Part shown: positions 41,761 to 55,639 of the stretch, one piece after another | Position numbering within the stretch: the stretch's first letter is position 1 | Layout: each line of letters starts with the position of its first letter | Made by a program: the position numbers and the translations under genes | Notes under the pieces: model-generated | Seen by the model: only the letters and a program-made list of their open reading frames with translations | Databases searched by the model: none | What the model was told of the DNA's origin: nothing | Assembly (NCBI GenBank): GCA_009914755.4 | Contig: CP068257.2 | Coordinates: 41,120,001-41,184,000, forward strand | Direction of reading: 5' to 3' | From: the human T2T-CHM13v2.0 reference genome, Homo sapiens | Length of the DNA stretch: 64,000 bases

Positions 41761-42003
41761 GAGGCTCTTAAAGAAGGGGAACATGCTTTAGTTAATAGAA
41801 AAACATCAATAATTAGCATATGTATCACTTATAAGAGTAAGTACTTTTTAAAAGTGCAATTGAAGTACTGAAAACTTTTCACAAATCACGTGTTTGCTTT
41901 ATATGGCTTTGAGCATTTTCCTCTGTACTTGTTGATACTAGTCATTCAGCTCACGGGGAATGCAGAGCAGCCGTTTGTTCACCTCATAATAAGGTCACAC
42001 TAA

Positions 42004-42570
<567 letters not shown>

Positions 42571-43062
42571 ATAAATAAGTAAATAATAAATAAGGTCAGA
42601 CTCCATCTCAAAAAAATATAAATAAATAAATAAACAATAAATAAGGTCACACTCTCCATGTCTAACAGATAATTCAAGAGATAGTGCATCAAGCATGCAA
42701 GGCTCAGGGCAGGACAAACGGGACATGGCTCATAAGAGGAGCTGCAACAGGCTTTGGCATCCAACACACCTGGTTTTGAGTCCAGGCTTGCCAATTACAA
42801 GCCGAGAGATGTGCACAAGTGTCCCAGCCTCTCTGAACCTCAGAGCCCCAGTCTCTAAGCCAGAGGCAATAATACCATTGTTACTGCTGTTTTAGTGATT
42901 AAACAGTCAAAGTGCTTGTCTGGTCCCGATGAAGTGCTCAGTCAATGTTGCCATTTAATTTTTAAGTCAGTTCATATTTTTCAGTGGGTCAGAAAAGAGA
43001 TCAATATTGTTTTACTTTGTCTAAATGTGTTCAGCAATATATCTGATGGCCTCTTTCTTTTA

Positions 43063-43714
<652 letters not shown>

Positions 43715-43758
43715 TAATTCTAACAAAAACAAATCAGTCATCGTTTCCCTTCTTCCAG

Positions 43759-43772
43759 GAGACTGTGCCTGA
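43759..43772 (+). CDS. PDE9A: PDE9A terminal coding segment (G)DCA followed by the TGA stop at 43770-43772
   Basis: Acceptor tcgtttcccttcttccAG|ga at 43757-43758. G+GA gives Gly, then GAC TGT GCC TGA. This is the C-terminus ...NSEGDCA* of PDE9A. Confidence 0.88.
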
Positions 43773-43920
43773 GGAAAGCGGGGGGCGTGGCTGCAGTTCT
43801 GGACGGGCTGGCCGAGCTGCGCGGGATCCTTGTGCAGGGAAGAGCTGCCCTGGGCACCTGGCACCACAAGACCATGTTTTCTAAGAACCATTTTGTTCAC
43901 TGATACAAAAAAAAAAAAAG
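43773..43920 (+). other. PDE9A: PDE9A 3'UTR, at least this far. The true 3' end is uncertain.
   Basis: Sequence immediately after the stop codon in the terminal exon. A genomic A13 tract lies at 43907-43919. There is no AATAAA or ATTAAA within 250 nt of the stop. TATAAA at about 44601 and ATTAAA at about 44946 are the first recognisable hexamers. Confidence 0.4.
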
Positions 43921-45291
43921 GAATTCATGATGCTGTACAGAATTTTATTTTTAAACTGTCTTTTAAATAATATATTCTTATACGGAAATGGGTACTGTAC
44001 TTCTTCTTTGGTAGAGTTGTGTATGCTGCTTCCGGTAAGTTCTCTCATGGAGACGAAGGACACTGTGCTTTTCCCCCAGATGTATCTTAGAGCAATTGAC
44101 CAGTGTGATGCGGTGCGTACGTCCCTGTAAATTCAGCATTAAATGTCAGCACGGTGCCCTGAGTGCAAGGACATGCACGGGTCCTGTGTTTCTGAGCAGA
44201 GGGGGACGTCAGTGCCGTGTGTGGGACATCTGGGGACTGAGGCAGGTTGGCCAGACTGTAGGTCGTGTGTCGGAGCAAACGCACCCATGACCATGGGGAC
44301 AACACACACTGGGTGCTCATGTGGAGGAAGGCTGGTGACTTCACACTTAAATCCTCAGATAAGGAAAAGAGACACATGTATTCAGCACGTCTGAGGGTCT
44401 CTATCTCGGGAGGAGAGACGGCCCTCCCTTCCTGCCTTTGTTTTGGTAACAAGCACAGGGGACATTCTGGGTGGCACTGTGTCCACACAGGGGACCCAGC
44501 CCCCGGCTTGTTCATGGTCAGGCTCTTGTTGCTGGGACAGTCGCACCCCTGAGCTCTCACTGAGACCGCCCGCATGCGGTGGACTCCTGGAGACCCAATT
44601 TATAAAAAGCAAGGAAAAGGCTGCTGGCTGTGTCCCCTGGGCTGTGGGCTCCATCTCCCCTGCGCTCTAGAGACAGAACCACCTCCCGAAGCGCTTCACC
44701 CTACAGAGCTCACCTTTAAAGCCACTGGCGTGGTCTGAGCTTAGTAAACATTTCATTTCTGTGTTGGGTCACTTTCCTTGGGGCATTTGTTTCCTTTTGG
44801 TGAATTCCAGAATATTACTTCCCACCTTCAAATAATTCATTTTTTACCTGTAAAATTTTCCATCTCGAATCCAGCCGAATACAGATAAGGGACCTTGATT
44901 TCTACACCCCTTCTTGTTTCTGCTTTTGTTTTTCATTTGAATCCTATTAAAGCCAATAGATATGGCAACGTTGGCAAAAATAGAAGCAAAACGTAGGCGT
45001 GCGGATATTGATGCCCTCCACCTTCCTGCCAGCCTCTATGGGGGATGATTACCTGCTCTCCTCATCTGTAACAAGGCTCTTTCAACAGCACCTTCATCTG
45101 CTACATTACTTGGAATGCACATCTCACTAAACGGTGCCCCTCATCAAACTCCATACAACACTTCCTTGAATTTTACTATCATAAACAGAAACAATCACAT
45201 GCACACACATGGACATGTATACACTCCTACACATCAGCACACTTCCTCTGGTTCTAGGCTATACTGCATCCTGAAACAATTAAATGACTGA

Positions 45292-45603
<312 letters not shown>

Positions 45604-46977
45604 GACGGCATCTACTGTTAGTCCTGGTTGGTGTGCAGCCAGCCTGGTCTCCATGCACGGGACCCCCAGAAAGCCCACCAACCCACCCTCCTGTCACACA
45701 GAGCAGTCCCTGAGGCCCCACGGTTGGAGGCCACGTCCACCCTGGTCAGCCTGCACACCCAGAGCCTGCCCGCACCAGGAGGCAGCCACACGGATGAGCT
45801 GAATCATGGGCTGCATGTGGCAGTGGAGGCTCAGGACAAGACAGATGTGCCTACGGCCCCGGAGAGCTCTGGGTCCAGCAGCAGAGGCGTTCCCCCAGGC
45901 CTGGGGGCATGCCCAGCATAGGGAGTGAGTGTGCAGACACAGGGTCCCACCCCCATGAGCACAACCCACTGAACAAGACGCCCCTCTGGGGTGAGCGGCA
46001 CCATCTCCACCTAGGATGATGTGTTTCCAAGTGAACTCTCACCCGACAATCAGTATTAAGTCAGCATGAAGGGTAAAGATGTTTACAGCTGAGCCACATG
46101 CACGTCAGGAGACAGGAGCAGCAATGCCTGGGGCTTTCCACGGTGAGCTCCCAGCACACAGCAAGCATGTCGCCAGAAAGAACAGAAAGTTCACAAAGGG
46201 AGGGCCAGCCTGTGCACAGCCTAGCACCGTCCTGGGAGGCCATCATCACCTGTGCTCCTCTGAGAGGACAGGAAGATGCTGTTTTCCACTTTTTTCTCCC
46301 CAAGACCGTTTATTAGCAATTGAAGGAACAACGCATGTATCAAAGACTGGATTTGAGAAATTCCAACAAATCTGCCCCCTCGCAGTTGGGAGCTGGCATC
46401 GTGCAATCTTCGGAATGCAGCCTCTGGCTCTCCCATCAAAAGGCAATGCAGCCCCCTGTGATTTCAGCTTTGACCTTGTGGGTAATAAAAGAAGGAAAGA
46501 GGAATGTCTGCTACTGGAATCCTGGATGGGGTCCCCGCGGCCGAATCCCCCCTCCCGTCCCCTCCTGTGTCACCTGTCATGTCTCAGACTTTGACCGCCT
46601 CCCGCAGCTTCCTTTTATTCGTAATGTCTAAAGCCAACCCAAGCGTCTTTGCCGGCTGACGTCTTAGCCAAATCATGTGGGAAACCCGTGAAGCAGAACT
46701 GACCGCTGTGAGGGCTGGGAGTACACTGGGCATCTGAAATACTTCAGCCCAGGAAAACGTCCATCAGTGGACACCGTCGGTTCCCAGGTGGCCTCTGGAA
46801 CAGGAAAGCAGTCACCCCCTCGTCCGATCCCACAGGAAACCTCATTCCACTCTAGTGGCAGTGGCTGGGGCTAGATCCCCCTGAGCCAGGAGACGACGGG
46901 CAGTGCCCGGACAAGGCTGTACTCTGCCCACAGCTCCTCCACTGTGGCTATGAGGGAGGTTTAAAAATCTCAGTCCA

Positions 46978-47835
46978 GTGGGGGGGGTCAGCCCCCTGCC
47001 CGGCCAGCCGCCCCGTCTGGGAGGGAGGTGGGGGGGTCAGCCCCCGCCCGGCCAGCCGCCCCGTCTGGGAGGGAGGTGGGGGGGTCAGCCCCCCGCCCGG
47101 CCAGCCGCCCCGTCTGGGAGGGAGGTGGGGGGGTCAGCCCCCCGCCCGGCCAGCCACCCCGTCTGGGAGGGAGGTGGGGGGGTCAGCCCCCCGCCCGGCC
47201 AGCCGCCCCATCCAGGAGGTGAGGGGCGCTTCTGCCCGGCCGCCCCTACTGGGAAGTGAGGAGCCCCTCTGCCCGGCCACGACCCCGTCTGGGAGGTGTG
47301 CCCAGCGGCTCATTGGGGATGGGCCATGATGACAATGGCGGTTTTGTGGAATAGAAAGGCGGGAAGGGTGGGGAAAAAATTGAGAAATCGGATGGTTGCC
47401 GGGTCTGTGTGGATAGAAGTAGACATGGGAGACTTTTCATTTTGTTCTGTACTAAGAAAAATTCTTCTGCCTTGGGATCCTGTTGATCTGTGACCTTACC
47501 CCCAACCCTGTGTTCTCTGAAACATGTGCTGTGTCCACTCAGGGTTGAATGGATTAAGGGCGGTGCAAGATGTGCTTTGTTAAACAGACGCTTGAAGGCA
47601 GCATGCGCGTTAAGAGTCATCACCACTCCCTAATCTCAAGTACCCAGGGACACAAACACTGCGGAAGGCCGCAGGGTCCTCTGCCTAGGAAAACCAGAGA
47701 CCTTTGTTCACTTGTTTATCTGCTGACCTTCCCTCCACTATTGTCCTATGACCCTGCCAAATCCCCCTCTGCGAGAAACACCCAAGAATGATCAATAAAA
47801 AAAAAATAAAAAATAAATAAATAAATAAATAAAAT
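46978..47835 (+). mobile_element. SVA retrotransposon, 5'-truncated (GC-rich VNTR of about 57-bp units 46978-47290, SINE-R/HERV-K-derived region about 47290-47795, AATA-rich poly(A) tail). Perfect 14-15-bp TSD aaaatctcagtcca at 46964-46977 and 47837-47850.
   Basis: VNTR: (gggggggtcagccccccgcccggccagccgccccgtctgggagggaggtg)x4-5. SINE-R: ...tgtgctgtgtccactcagggttgaatggattaagggcggtgcaagatgtgctttgttaaacagacgcttgaaggcagcatgcgcgttaagagtcatcaccactccctaatctcaagtacccagggacacaaacactgcggaaggccgcagggtcctctgcctaggaaaaccagagacctttgttcacttgtttatctgctgaccttccctccactattgtcctatgaccctgccaaatccccctctgcgagaaacacccaagaatgatcaataaaaaaaaaa. The flanking direct repeats are identical. Confidence 0.9.
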
Positions 47836-48600
47836 AAAAATCTCAGTCCAAAGGCTTTCACCGTAGTCTGTCTAAGGGACAGATAACATCGTCTCTCTGA
47901 ATTTGGGAGGGGACTGTTCTCTGTTGGTAGCCAAAAGGGGCCCAGCAAGGTGCTAGGGTTCCAGTCTCCCTGAGTCCTCAGGCAGGTCTTCCCAGCCCCC
48001 ACCCTGGGACTCCCTGCCCTGCTGCAGGGGAACGTGAGGGTCAGGGGTCCCCAGATTCCTGGGAGCTGGGGCCGGTGCCCTGGCAGAAACACGGCCTCAG
48101 GCAGGGTCCAGGGCCTGTGGGGGTGAGTCACCTTGTTATGGGCTGAATTCCCTCCCCAAAACTTACGTCCAAGCCCAACCTGGTGCCTCCCAGTACCGTA
48201 TTTGGAGACAGTGCCTTTAAAAGGTGGTTAAGATAACATGAGCTGACTGGGGTGGGCCCTGAGCCACTTTGACTGAGTCTTACAAGAAGAGGAGGTCGGG
48301 GCACAGATGCACATGAAGGGCGCCAGGGAAGGACAGACCCTGACACACAGAGGAGTGGGGACTCAGCAGAAGCCAGCCCTGCCAACACTTGTCTCAGACT
48401 TTGAGAGGTAAGTGTCTGTCGTTTAAGCCCCCCGCCAAGCTCACACACACACACACCTGTGTGCCTCGCTAGGGCTGCCCCAGCAGACTCACACATCACA
48501 CCTCCCTCACCACCGAGTCCCTGGGCAGCAACGTGGGCCCGGCTCACAAGCAGTGCTGGAGACAGCTTGAGCTTGGGTTGACTGCGCCAGCATAGCATGA

Positions 48601-48626
48601 TCTCTCTCTCTCTCTCTCGCTCTCTC
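48601..48626. repeat. (CT)n dinucleotide microsatellite, followed by a CT-rich tract and a short Alu 3' remnant (to about 48750)
   Basis: tctctctctctctctcgctctctct...gcactccagcctgggcaacagagtgagactccatctgaaaaaaaaaa. Confidence 0.85.
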
Positions 48627-48830
48627 TAAGGAAAAAAAGAAGATAAGAACTAGAGAGTCAGAAATGTCATCTCTTTCTTTCTTTTCTTCCTCCTTTCTTT
48701 CTTGCACTCCAGCCTGGGCAACAGAGTGAGACTCCATCTGAAAAAAAAAAAGGAAAGAAAGAAATTGATTTTATTAACCAAAACTAGTAAAGGGGAAGTG
48801 GCCAGATAGCCATCCATGGCAACCACTTCA

Positions 48831-49275
<445 letters not shown>

Positions 49276-49934
49276 TCAACAGTGGCCAGGTGGTGAACTA
49301 GCCACCTTGATGTCATCTGTGGAACTTTGCAGCTTGATCTCCAGGCTTGGTCTGTCTCAAGATTAGCCCCTGGAACGTCTAAGAAGGTGCATAATGAGAT
49401 GCGTGCATAATGAGATGCGCACATACAGTTAGAGAACTGTGAAGCGGGTATAGACAGTGAGAAAGGCGGGGACGTGAAGCCTACTTTAAGGCTAAGGGAA
49501 AAGGCTTCTGCAGTTCGCTTCAAGGTTATATCTTAAAATCCAAGAGAAAGGGGAAAAAAAGTTAAGATGCATTTTGAAGTTAAGCTGCCTGGTTACAAGT
49601 GAAAATACATAAGAGTACTGGTTTTTTTCCGGTTAATCCTAACTTTTCTAATATATTTTGCTAGCAGATATTTAAAATCTGGTGGTTTAGCCAAAGAATT
49701 TGGGACAGCAAGACTATACAATCTTCCATCCGCTGCAAAGAGATGTTCGTTTTTTCTCAGCGTTTCTGAGAAGCTGGAAAACAAGGTGAGCTGCCGCCTT
49801 GGACACCCTCCTCTTAATTCTGGTTCCTTCCTGCTCGACATGGGGACGGGACAGTCCGACGCTCCCTCTCATGGGAATGTATTTGCAGACATCATATCAT
49901 GGAAAATACTAAACACAAGTGTTGCCTCAGAAGC

Positions 49935-50115
49935 TCACGATGAGCCGGGTTCACGCCGGTGTAATTCTGCGGGGGCCGGACCCTGAATCTCATGCACGCG
50001 CGGCTGCGAAGGCGACGCAGCTTCTGCCTCTGAGCCGCCTCCTTCGATACATCCCGTGGGAGCGGGAGCCACACTGAGCGCCAGGTCTGCGGCCAGCCGG
50101 GTGGGAAACAGGCGC
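49935..50115. promoter_or_regulatory. Short CpG-island-like segment (about 20 CpG in about 180 bp) in otherwise CpG-depleted intergenic DNA. Candidate unannotated promoter or regulatory element.
   Basis: acgatgagccgggttcacgccggtgtaattctgcgggggccggaccctgaatctcatgcacgcgcggctgcgaaggcgacgcagcttctgcctctgagccgcctccttcgatacatcccgtgggagcgggagccacactgagcgccaggtctgcggccagccgggtgggaaacaggcgctgc. Confidence 0.3.
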
Positions 50116-50490
50116 TGCTGCCAGCAAGCTCCTCCCACTCTGCTCACCTGCCCCGAGGTTCCCAGAAGTTCTCAATCAGTACCATGTCCTTTCCCCTTCT
50201 CGAAGAAAAACACTGTTGGCAATGGAACAGCGCCTCCCATTATCCTCCTGTCCTCACCAGGAACAGGCTCCCCAGACAGCAGACACTGTTTTCCGCGAGC
50301 CGGAGGCAGCCAGATTTGAGCCCAGATACCGCCATGGCCACTCCTGCGAAACCCTAGAAAGCCAGGGACATATTCAGGGGACTTCTCTTGCTCCAAGAAG
50401 CCGTGCCTGGCAGTCAGCGCCTGCACACAGGCAGCTCCCATGGCAGGAGCATGGGTGGCCAAAGGGGCCAAGGTTCTCTGTTGTCAGTCC

Positions 50491-50716
50491 TGCCTCGCCT
50501 GCCTCCCCTCCCTCCCCTGCCTCTCCTCCCTCCCCTCTTTCCCGTCCCTCCCCTCCCTCCCCTCTCCCCTTCCTCCTCTCCCTCCTCTTACTCCCCTCCC
50601 TCCCCTCCCTCCTCTGCCTCCCTTCCCTCCCCTGCCTCTCCTTTCTCCCCTCCCTCCCCTCACTCCCTTCCCTCTCTTTCCTTCTCTCCCTCTCCTCTCT
50701 CCTCTCCCTTCCCTGC
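50491..50716. repeat. About 225-bp polypyrimidine (CCTC/CCCT)n tract on the + strand. A potential H-DNA-forming sequence.
   Basis: cctgcctcgcctgcctcccctccctcccctgcctctcctccctcccctctttcccgtccctcccctccctcccctctccccttcctcctctccctcctcttactcccctccctcccctccctcctctgcctcccttccctcccctgcctctcctttctcccctccctcccctcactcccttccctctctttccttctctccctctcctctctcctctcccttccc. Confidence 0.95.
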
Positions 50717-51719
50717 CTGCATGACCTTGAGCTTTTCCTCTGTTAGTCCCAGGAGCAGCTGCACTGGGTCAGGAGTTTCTGAGCCTGGCTGGTCCTCAGG
50801 CCGTCTGTGGACACTGAGACACGCCCCAGCCCTGAGATTCTGATTCTGTAGGCCTGTTCTGGTTGCCAGGTCTGTTTTGCCAAGCTGTGTGTTTCTGGTG
50901 CAAGGCGTAGGGTGCGCGCTCGATGGCCTCCTGGGTGCTGCCATCTGCCCATCTGTATCTGCATCTGATGCCCGTGAGGAGACATAATGGAAGCAAGAGT
51001 GTGGGGTGGGAGGCCCTAATTGTTTCAGGGAAGTGTCCCAGCTTGGAAGTGGATTCTTGCAGGGGCTCTGGTCTGGTGGAGAAAGTGGAGAAGGCAGCCT
51101 GGGGACGTGGCTGGGTGGGGAGTGGGCGCAGGCACAGAGCCAGCCTGCATGCTCCTTCTCTCCCTCCATGGACATAAGGACAGTGAAGTACTGTCCATAC
51201 CACCGCGTCCAGGCATCTCACACGCCCTACACCTGAGAAACGGAGCTGAAAAATGAATTTGTGCTGTCCATCCACCACATCAGAAAGACGAGGGACAGTG
51301 ATGCCTAGTGTGGGTCACCAGAGAGGCCCACAGGGGACCCCTAACCTGCTACAGTTGTGCTCTAGTCATTTGTTTCTTGGCATTAGGGGCACTTTAAACC
51401 ATCAAATTAACAACCTCACCATAGTAACAACCTGTTCAATGTCACCAGGGGATCCTAATTGGCTCACAGTTAAGCCCCTTTCAACCTTCGCACTGTCGTG
51501 GTTGTCAGGACTGCCAAGCCGCCCTCCCATGCCTGCTCCTCATGCCTGTCCACTCTACAAGCCAGCTGTAAAACCCCTGCCCCCACCCTCTGTGTCGGTC
51601 CATGGTCACCACCCTGTCACCTCCAGCATCAGTCACGCCTCCGTGGTGGGCGTGGGGGCCCCACCCGAGGCTCCCGGGCATTTCTCTGATGGCTAATGAG
51701 ACTGATCTTTGATTTTTGA

Positions 51720-52163
<444 letters not shown>

Positions 52164-53155
52164 TGATCCCTTGCAGTTAACTCTATGTCCTATTACATCT
52201 TCTCCTGTAATAGGTGATCCAGGAGGCTACAACAGGCTGAAGTCTGTGTGTCCCACACATTCCTATGTTGAAATCCCAACCCCCGAGGTATTAGGAGGTG
52301 GAGGCTTTGGGAGGTGATGAGGTCATGAGGGGAGCGTGAGACTGGTCCCCTTGCAAAAGGGACCCCAGGAAGCTCTGTTCCGCCACGTGAGGATGCACAC
52401 GAAGGCAGCACCGCCTGCAGCCTGGAGCAGCACCCTCCCCAGAACCCGACCATCCCACCCCGATCTGCGATCTGCGGCTTCGGACCTCCAGGGCTGAGAG
52501 AGCCCAGGCTGCAGGGCAGAAGCCCCACTCTCCAGCCCCCGCCTGAGCTGCATAAGGCGGCCGCCCTTCCTCCACCCCCCTCTCTTCCGGGTCTCTGCTT
52601 GCGCTGGTTTCCTGTTGTTGCTGTAACAATTGCCGACGGAGCACCACAGATTCCCTCTCTGACAGCCCTGGGCGTCAGGAGCCCACAGGCCCTGCCACAG
52701 AACTGAAGCCAAGGTGCCAGCTGGACTGCTTCCTTGCCAGGGACCTGCAGGAAAATTCATCCTGGCCTTTTCTGTGGCCTTGCCCATGGCCTCGCCCATG
52801 GCCTCTTCCTCTGGTTCAAAGCCCATCATTCCAACCTCTGCTCCTATCATCCCCTCCCCTCTCCTTCGTTCCCTCTCCACTGCCTCTCCCTGCCCTCCTC
52901 TGCTGCCCTCCCGAAAGGACCCGAGGTGATACAGGCCCACAGGGCAGTCTGGCACAGCCTCCCCCGCTTCAGGTCCGGGGTTTAATCACATCTACAAAGT
53001 TGCTTTGGCTGTGGGAGCCAACGCTCACACGTTCCAGGAATTAGGACCAGGAAATCCTGGTGGGAGGGTGGGGGCAGATTCTGTCCTCCACCTGGCTGGG
53101 GGACCAAGTTGGCAGCGGGGCCTTTCCTGACTGCCCTGTCAGAAACTGCAGCACC

Positions 53156-53526
53156 ACCCTACCCCACTCCACCTCACCCCTACCTCACCCCACCTCACCC
53201 CTACCTCACCCCACCTCACCCCACCTCACCCCTACCTCACCCCACCTCACCCCACTCCACCCTCATCCCACCACACCCCCACTCCACCCACCCCTACTCC
53301 ACCCCACCTTTACCCCACCCCACCCCTGCCTCACCCCACCTCACCCCACTTCCACTCCAACCCACCTTACCCCGCCCCTACTCCACCCCACCCCTACCTC
53401 ACCCTCATCTCACCCGACCCCACCCCACCTCCACTCCAGCCCACCCTACCCCATCCCCACCCCACCCCACCCCCACCCTCATCTCACCTGACCCCACCCC
53501 CAGTCCACCCCACCCCCACTCCCCAC
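53156..53526. repeat. C/A-rich minisatellite (about 12-16-bp units approximating CCTCACCCCACCTCACC / CCACTCCACCC), about 370 bp. The complementary strand is G-rich.
   Basis: ccctaccccactccacctcacccctacctcaccccacctcacccctacctcaccccacctcaccccacctcacccctacctcaccccacctcaccccactccaccc...ccccacccccactcc. The + strand ORF gives a Pro/His/Thr-rich artefactual peptide. Confidence 0.9.
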
Positions 53527-55639
53527 TTTGGGTACAAAAACCAGAAAAGCCCAGGCGAACGGCAGGAGGAGGTAGGTGTCCCGGCCCCATGCGCGCCACA
53601 TGGCTGGCTTGTTCTGTCTGTCATTCCCCTACTCCTTGTTCTGTCCGGGGTTCCTCCAGCCCCACACCTCAGCATGCCTGTGATGCCACCCTCAGACAGC
53701 CGCAGGCCCCGCCCTGTGGTGGTCCCCAAAATTCCAAGTCCGACTCCAATGGCCCGAGACCGGCCAGGCTGGCAGTTTCATCTGGTTAGGGATGCGTGGG
53801 CTCCTCCACATTCCACCTTTTGAGATGTGCTGTAACCTTCTACCTGGACCCCAGACAGACAGGGTCAGCCGAAGCCCCAGGCACTCCTGGACTCAGGCAC
53901 CCGTGACTGGCAGCAGAGCACGTCCCCTAGCCAGGGCCACGTTTGTCATGGGATCGCTGGACATTGGCCACCAGAATGGTGCTGGCATGCTGAATTGGGG
54001 TGGTTCAAAGTGTCTGTATAGATAGGCACCCTGCAGAACCTCCCTTCCTAGGATCCTGAACTCCCCAGGGCGGCCAGGTGGCTGGGACATGCTAAGGGTT
54101 CAGTGACCATTTGTGGGATGAGTGGGTGGATGTGAGTTGTGGTTGCCAACCTAAAGAAGCATGGAGGACAAAACCCACAGGGCAGATTGTGCTGGGGGAC
54201 AAGGGGGTCCCCTGGTAGGCAAGTGTATTCATGTGATGTGTGTGCCTGGGCACGTGTGTACATTATGTGAGGACGTGCACATACCACTCACCTAGCCCTG
54301 CTTCCAGCTAAGAGAAAGGAAGCCAGAAACATGCAAAGATGCCAAGCAAGCACCCTGGGCACGGTTTTCCAGACCTCGCAGGGAACAGAGTAAAAGCTAG
54401 GAATGCTGGGCTTCACGAAGGAGCAGAGGGGGCAGGTGCGGAGGGAGGAGGCCGGCAGAGAGCAGGTCCCTCCTGGAGCAGCGCGATCGGGCGCCGAGGC
54501 CTCATGCAACATCCGACAACTACTCATGGCAAGGAGAATTCTGGACTGACTTTCTATTGTTTTGATTAAAAGTAATTTTATCCAAAAATCCAAAATGTAC
54601 TGGACGTGCCAATCAGAATGGAACAGAAGGAAATGCCGCACTACCTGGCTGCCTCTCCCCTCGGCTGCTGGTGGCTGCCCATAGACCCCTGTGAACAGCT
54701 GATGCATGTCCCACCTGCACCATAGGGCCTGGAGGAAGCGGCTGTAGCAGGACTCGCAGAGTTCCCCGTGCGTGGCCACCGGCCCTGCCTCCATCGCTGT
54801 TGTCTCCCCGCAGGCCAAGGCGAGGCAGGTGGGGCGCACTGCATGGCTCTCAGGGGAAGGATCCACTCAGATGTTCCCTCTGCCCATCGCCTGCCCACCT
54901 TGGACTGCCCACCATCCTGGATGGAGCCACTGGAGGCTCCCGTGGCCCACACTGGCCCCTCCAACACCCCTGCTAACCTCAGGCATGGCCCATCGCTGCA
55001 GCTGTGTTGGGGTGCCTCTGCCATCAGGATGTTGCCCACACAGAAGCCACCTGCTCTGCAGAGAGCAGGAACTGGGGGTTAGGACCTGCATGTGTCGTTT
55101 TGGAGACACGATTCAACTCACGACACTCTTATAGTCTTAGCTTTCCCATCTGTCAACTTCTACCTCTTCAGTTGTTGTGAAGTTTTAATAAAATGAAGTC
55201 ACGCCAGGCAAGTGCTTTGCATGAGGTCTGGTGCTCCTCGGGTACCCCTCGGGGCCTGCCTCATCTCTCCTGTGTGTGGAGGCATCGTTACTCCTATTCC
55301 AAGCAAGCACGGGTGGAGCTGTTAGTTGGGAACGTCTTTTCCTCAAACAAGCCAGGATCTGAGGAAAGCAGAGGGCAGGAACTGTGACCAAAAGAGAACA
55401 ACAGACTCAGAGTACATGTGGAGATCTGGGATCTGCCAGCGGGGTCTCCCTGAGAGGCCTGGGATAGCTCAGGGGCTCTACAAACTGGGTAGTGTGACAT
55501 GGGAGGGGGAAACTGATGGAAATGGGCAAGAAGGAAAAGGTTGACAGGGAGGTAAGAACCCAGGAGAACAAATCATGACCATAACCTACTTGGTCAATTT
55601 CAAACCTAAACTTTTGCGTTTGACTGCCTGGACACAAAA

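Noticed and set aside
46079-46594. 171-aa + ORF (MFTAEPHARQETGAAMPGAFHGELPAHSKHVARKNRKF...)
   Set aside because: It has no recognisable domain, motif or splice context, sits in intergenic DNA between the PDE9A 3' end and the SVA, and its codon usage is unremarkable. It is most likely a chance ORF.
50216-50843. Several 90-176-aa ORFs rich in Pro/Ser/Leu
   Set aside because: They read through the 225-bp polypyrimidine tract in different frames. It is low-complexity, not coding.
53109-53789. 226-aa proline/histidine-rich + ORF
   Set aside because: It is the translation of the C/A-rich 15-mer minisatellite (PHPTSPLPHPTSP...). The repetitive composition drives ORF length.
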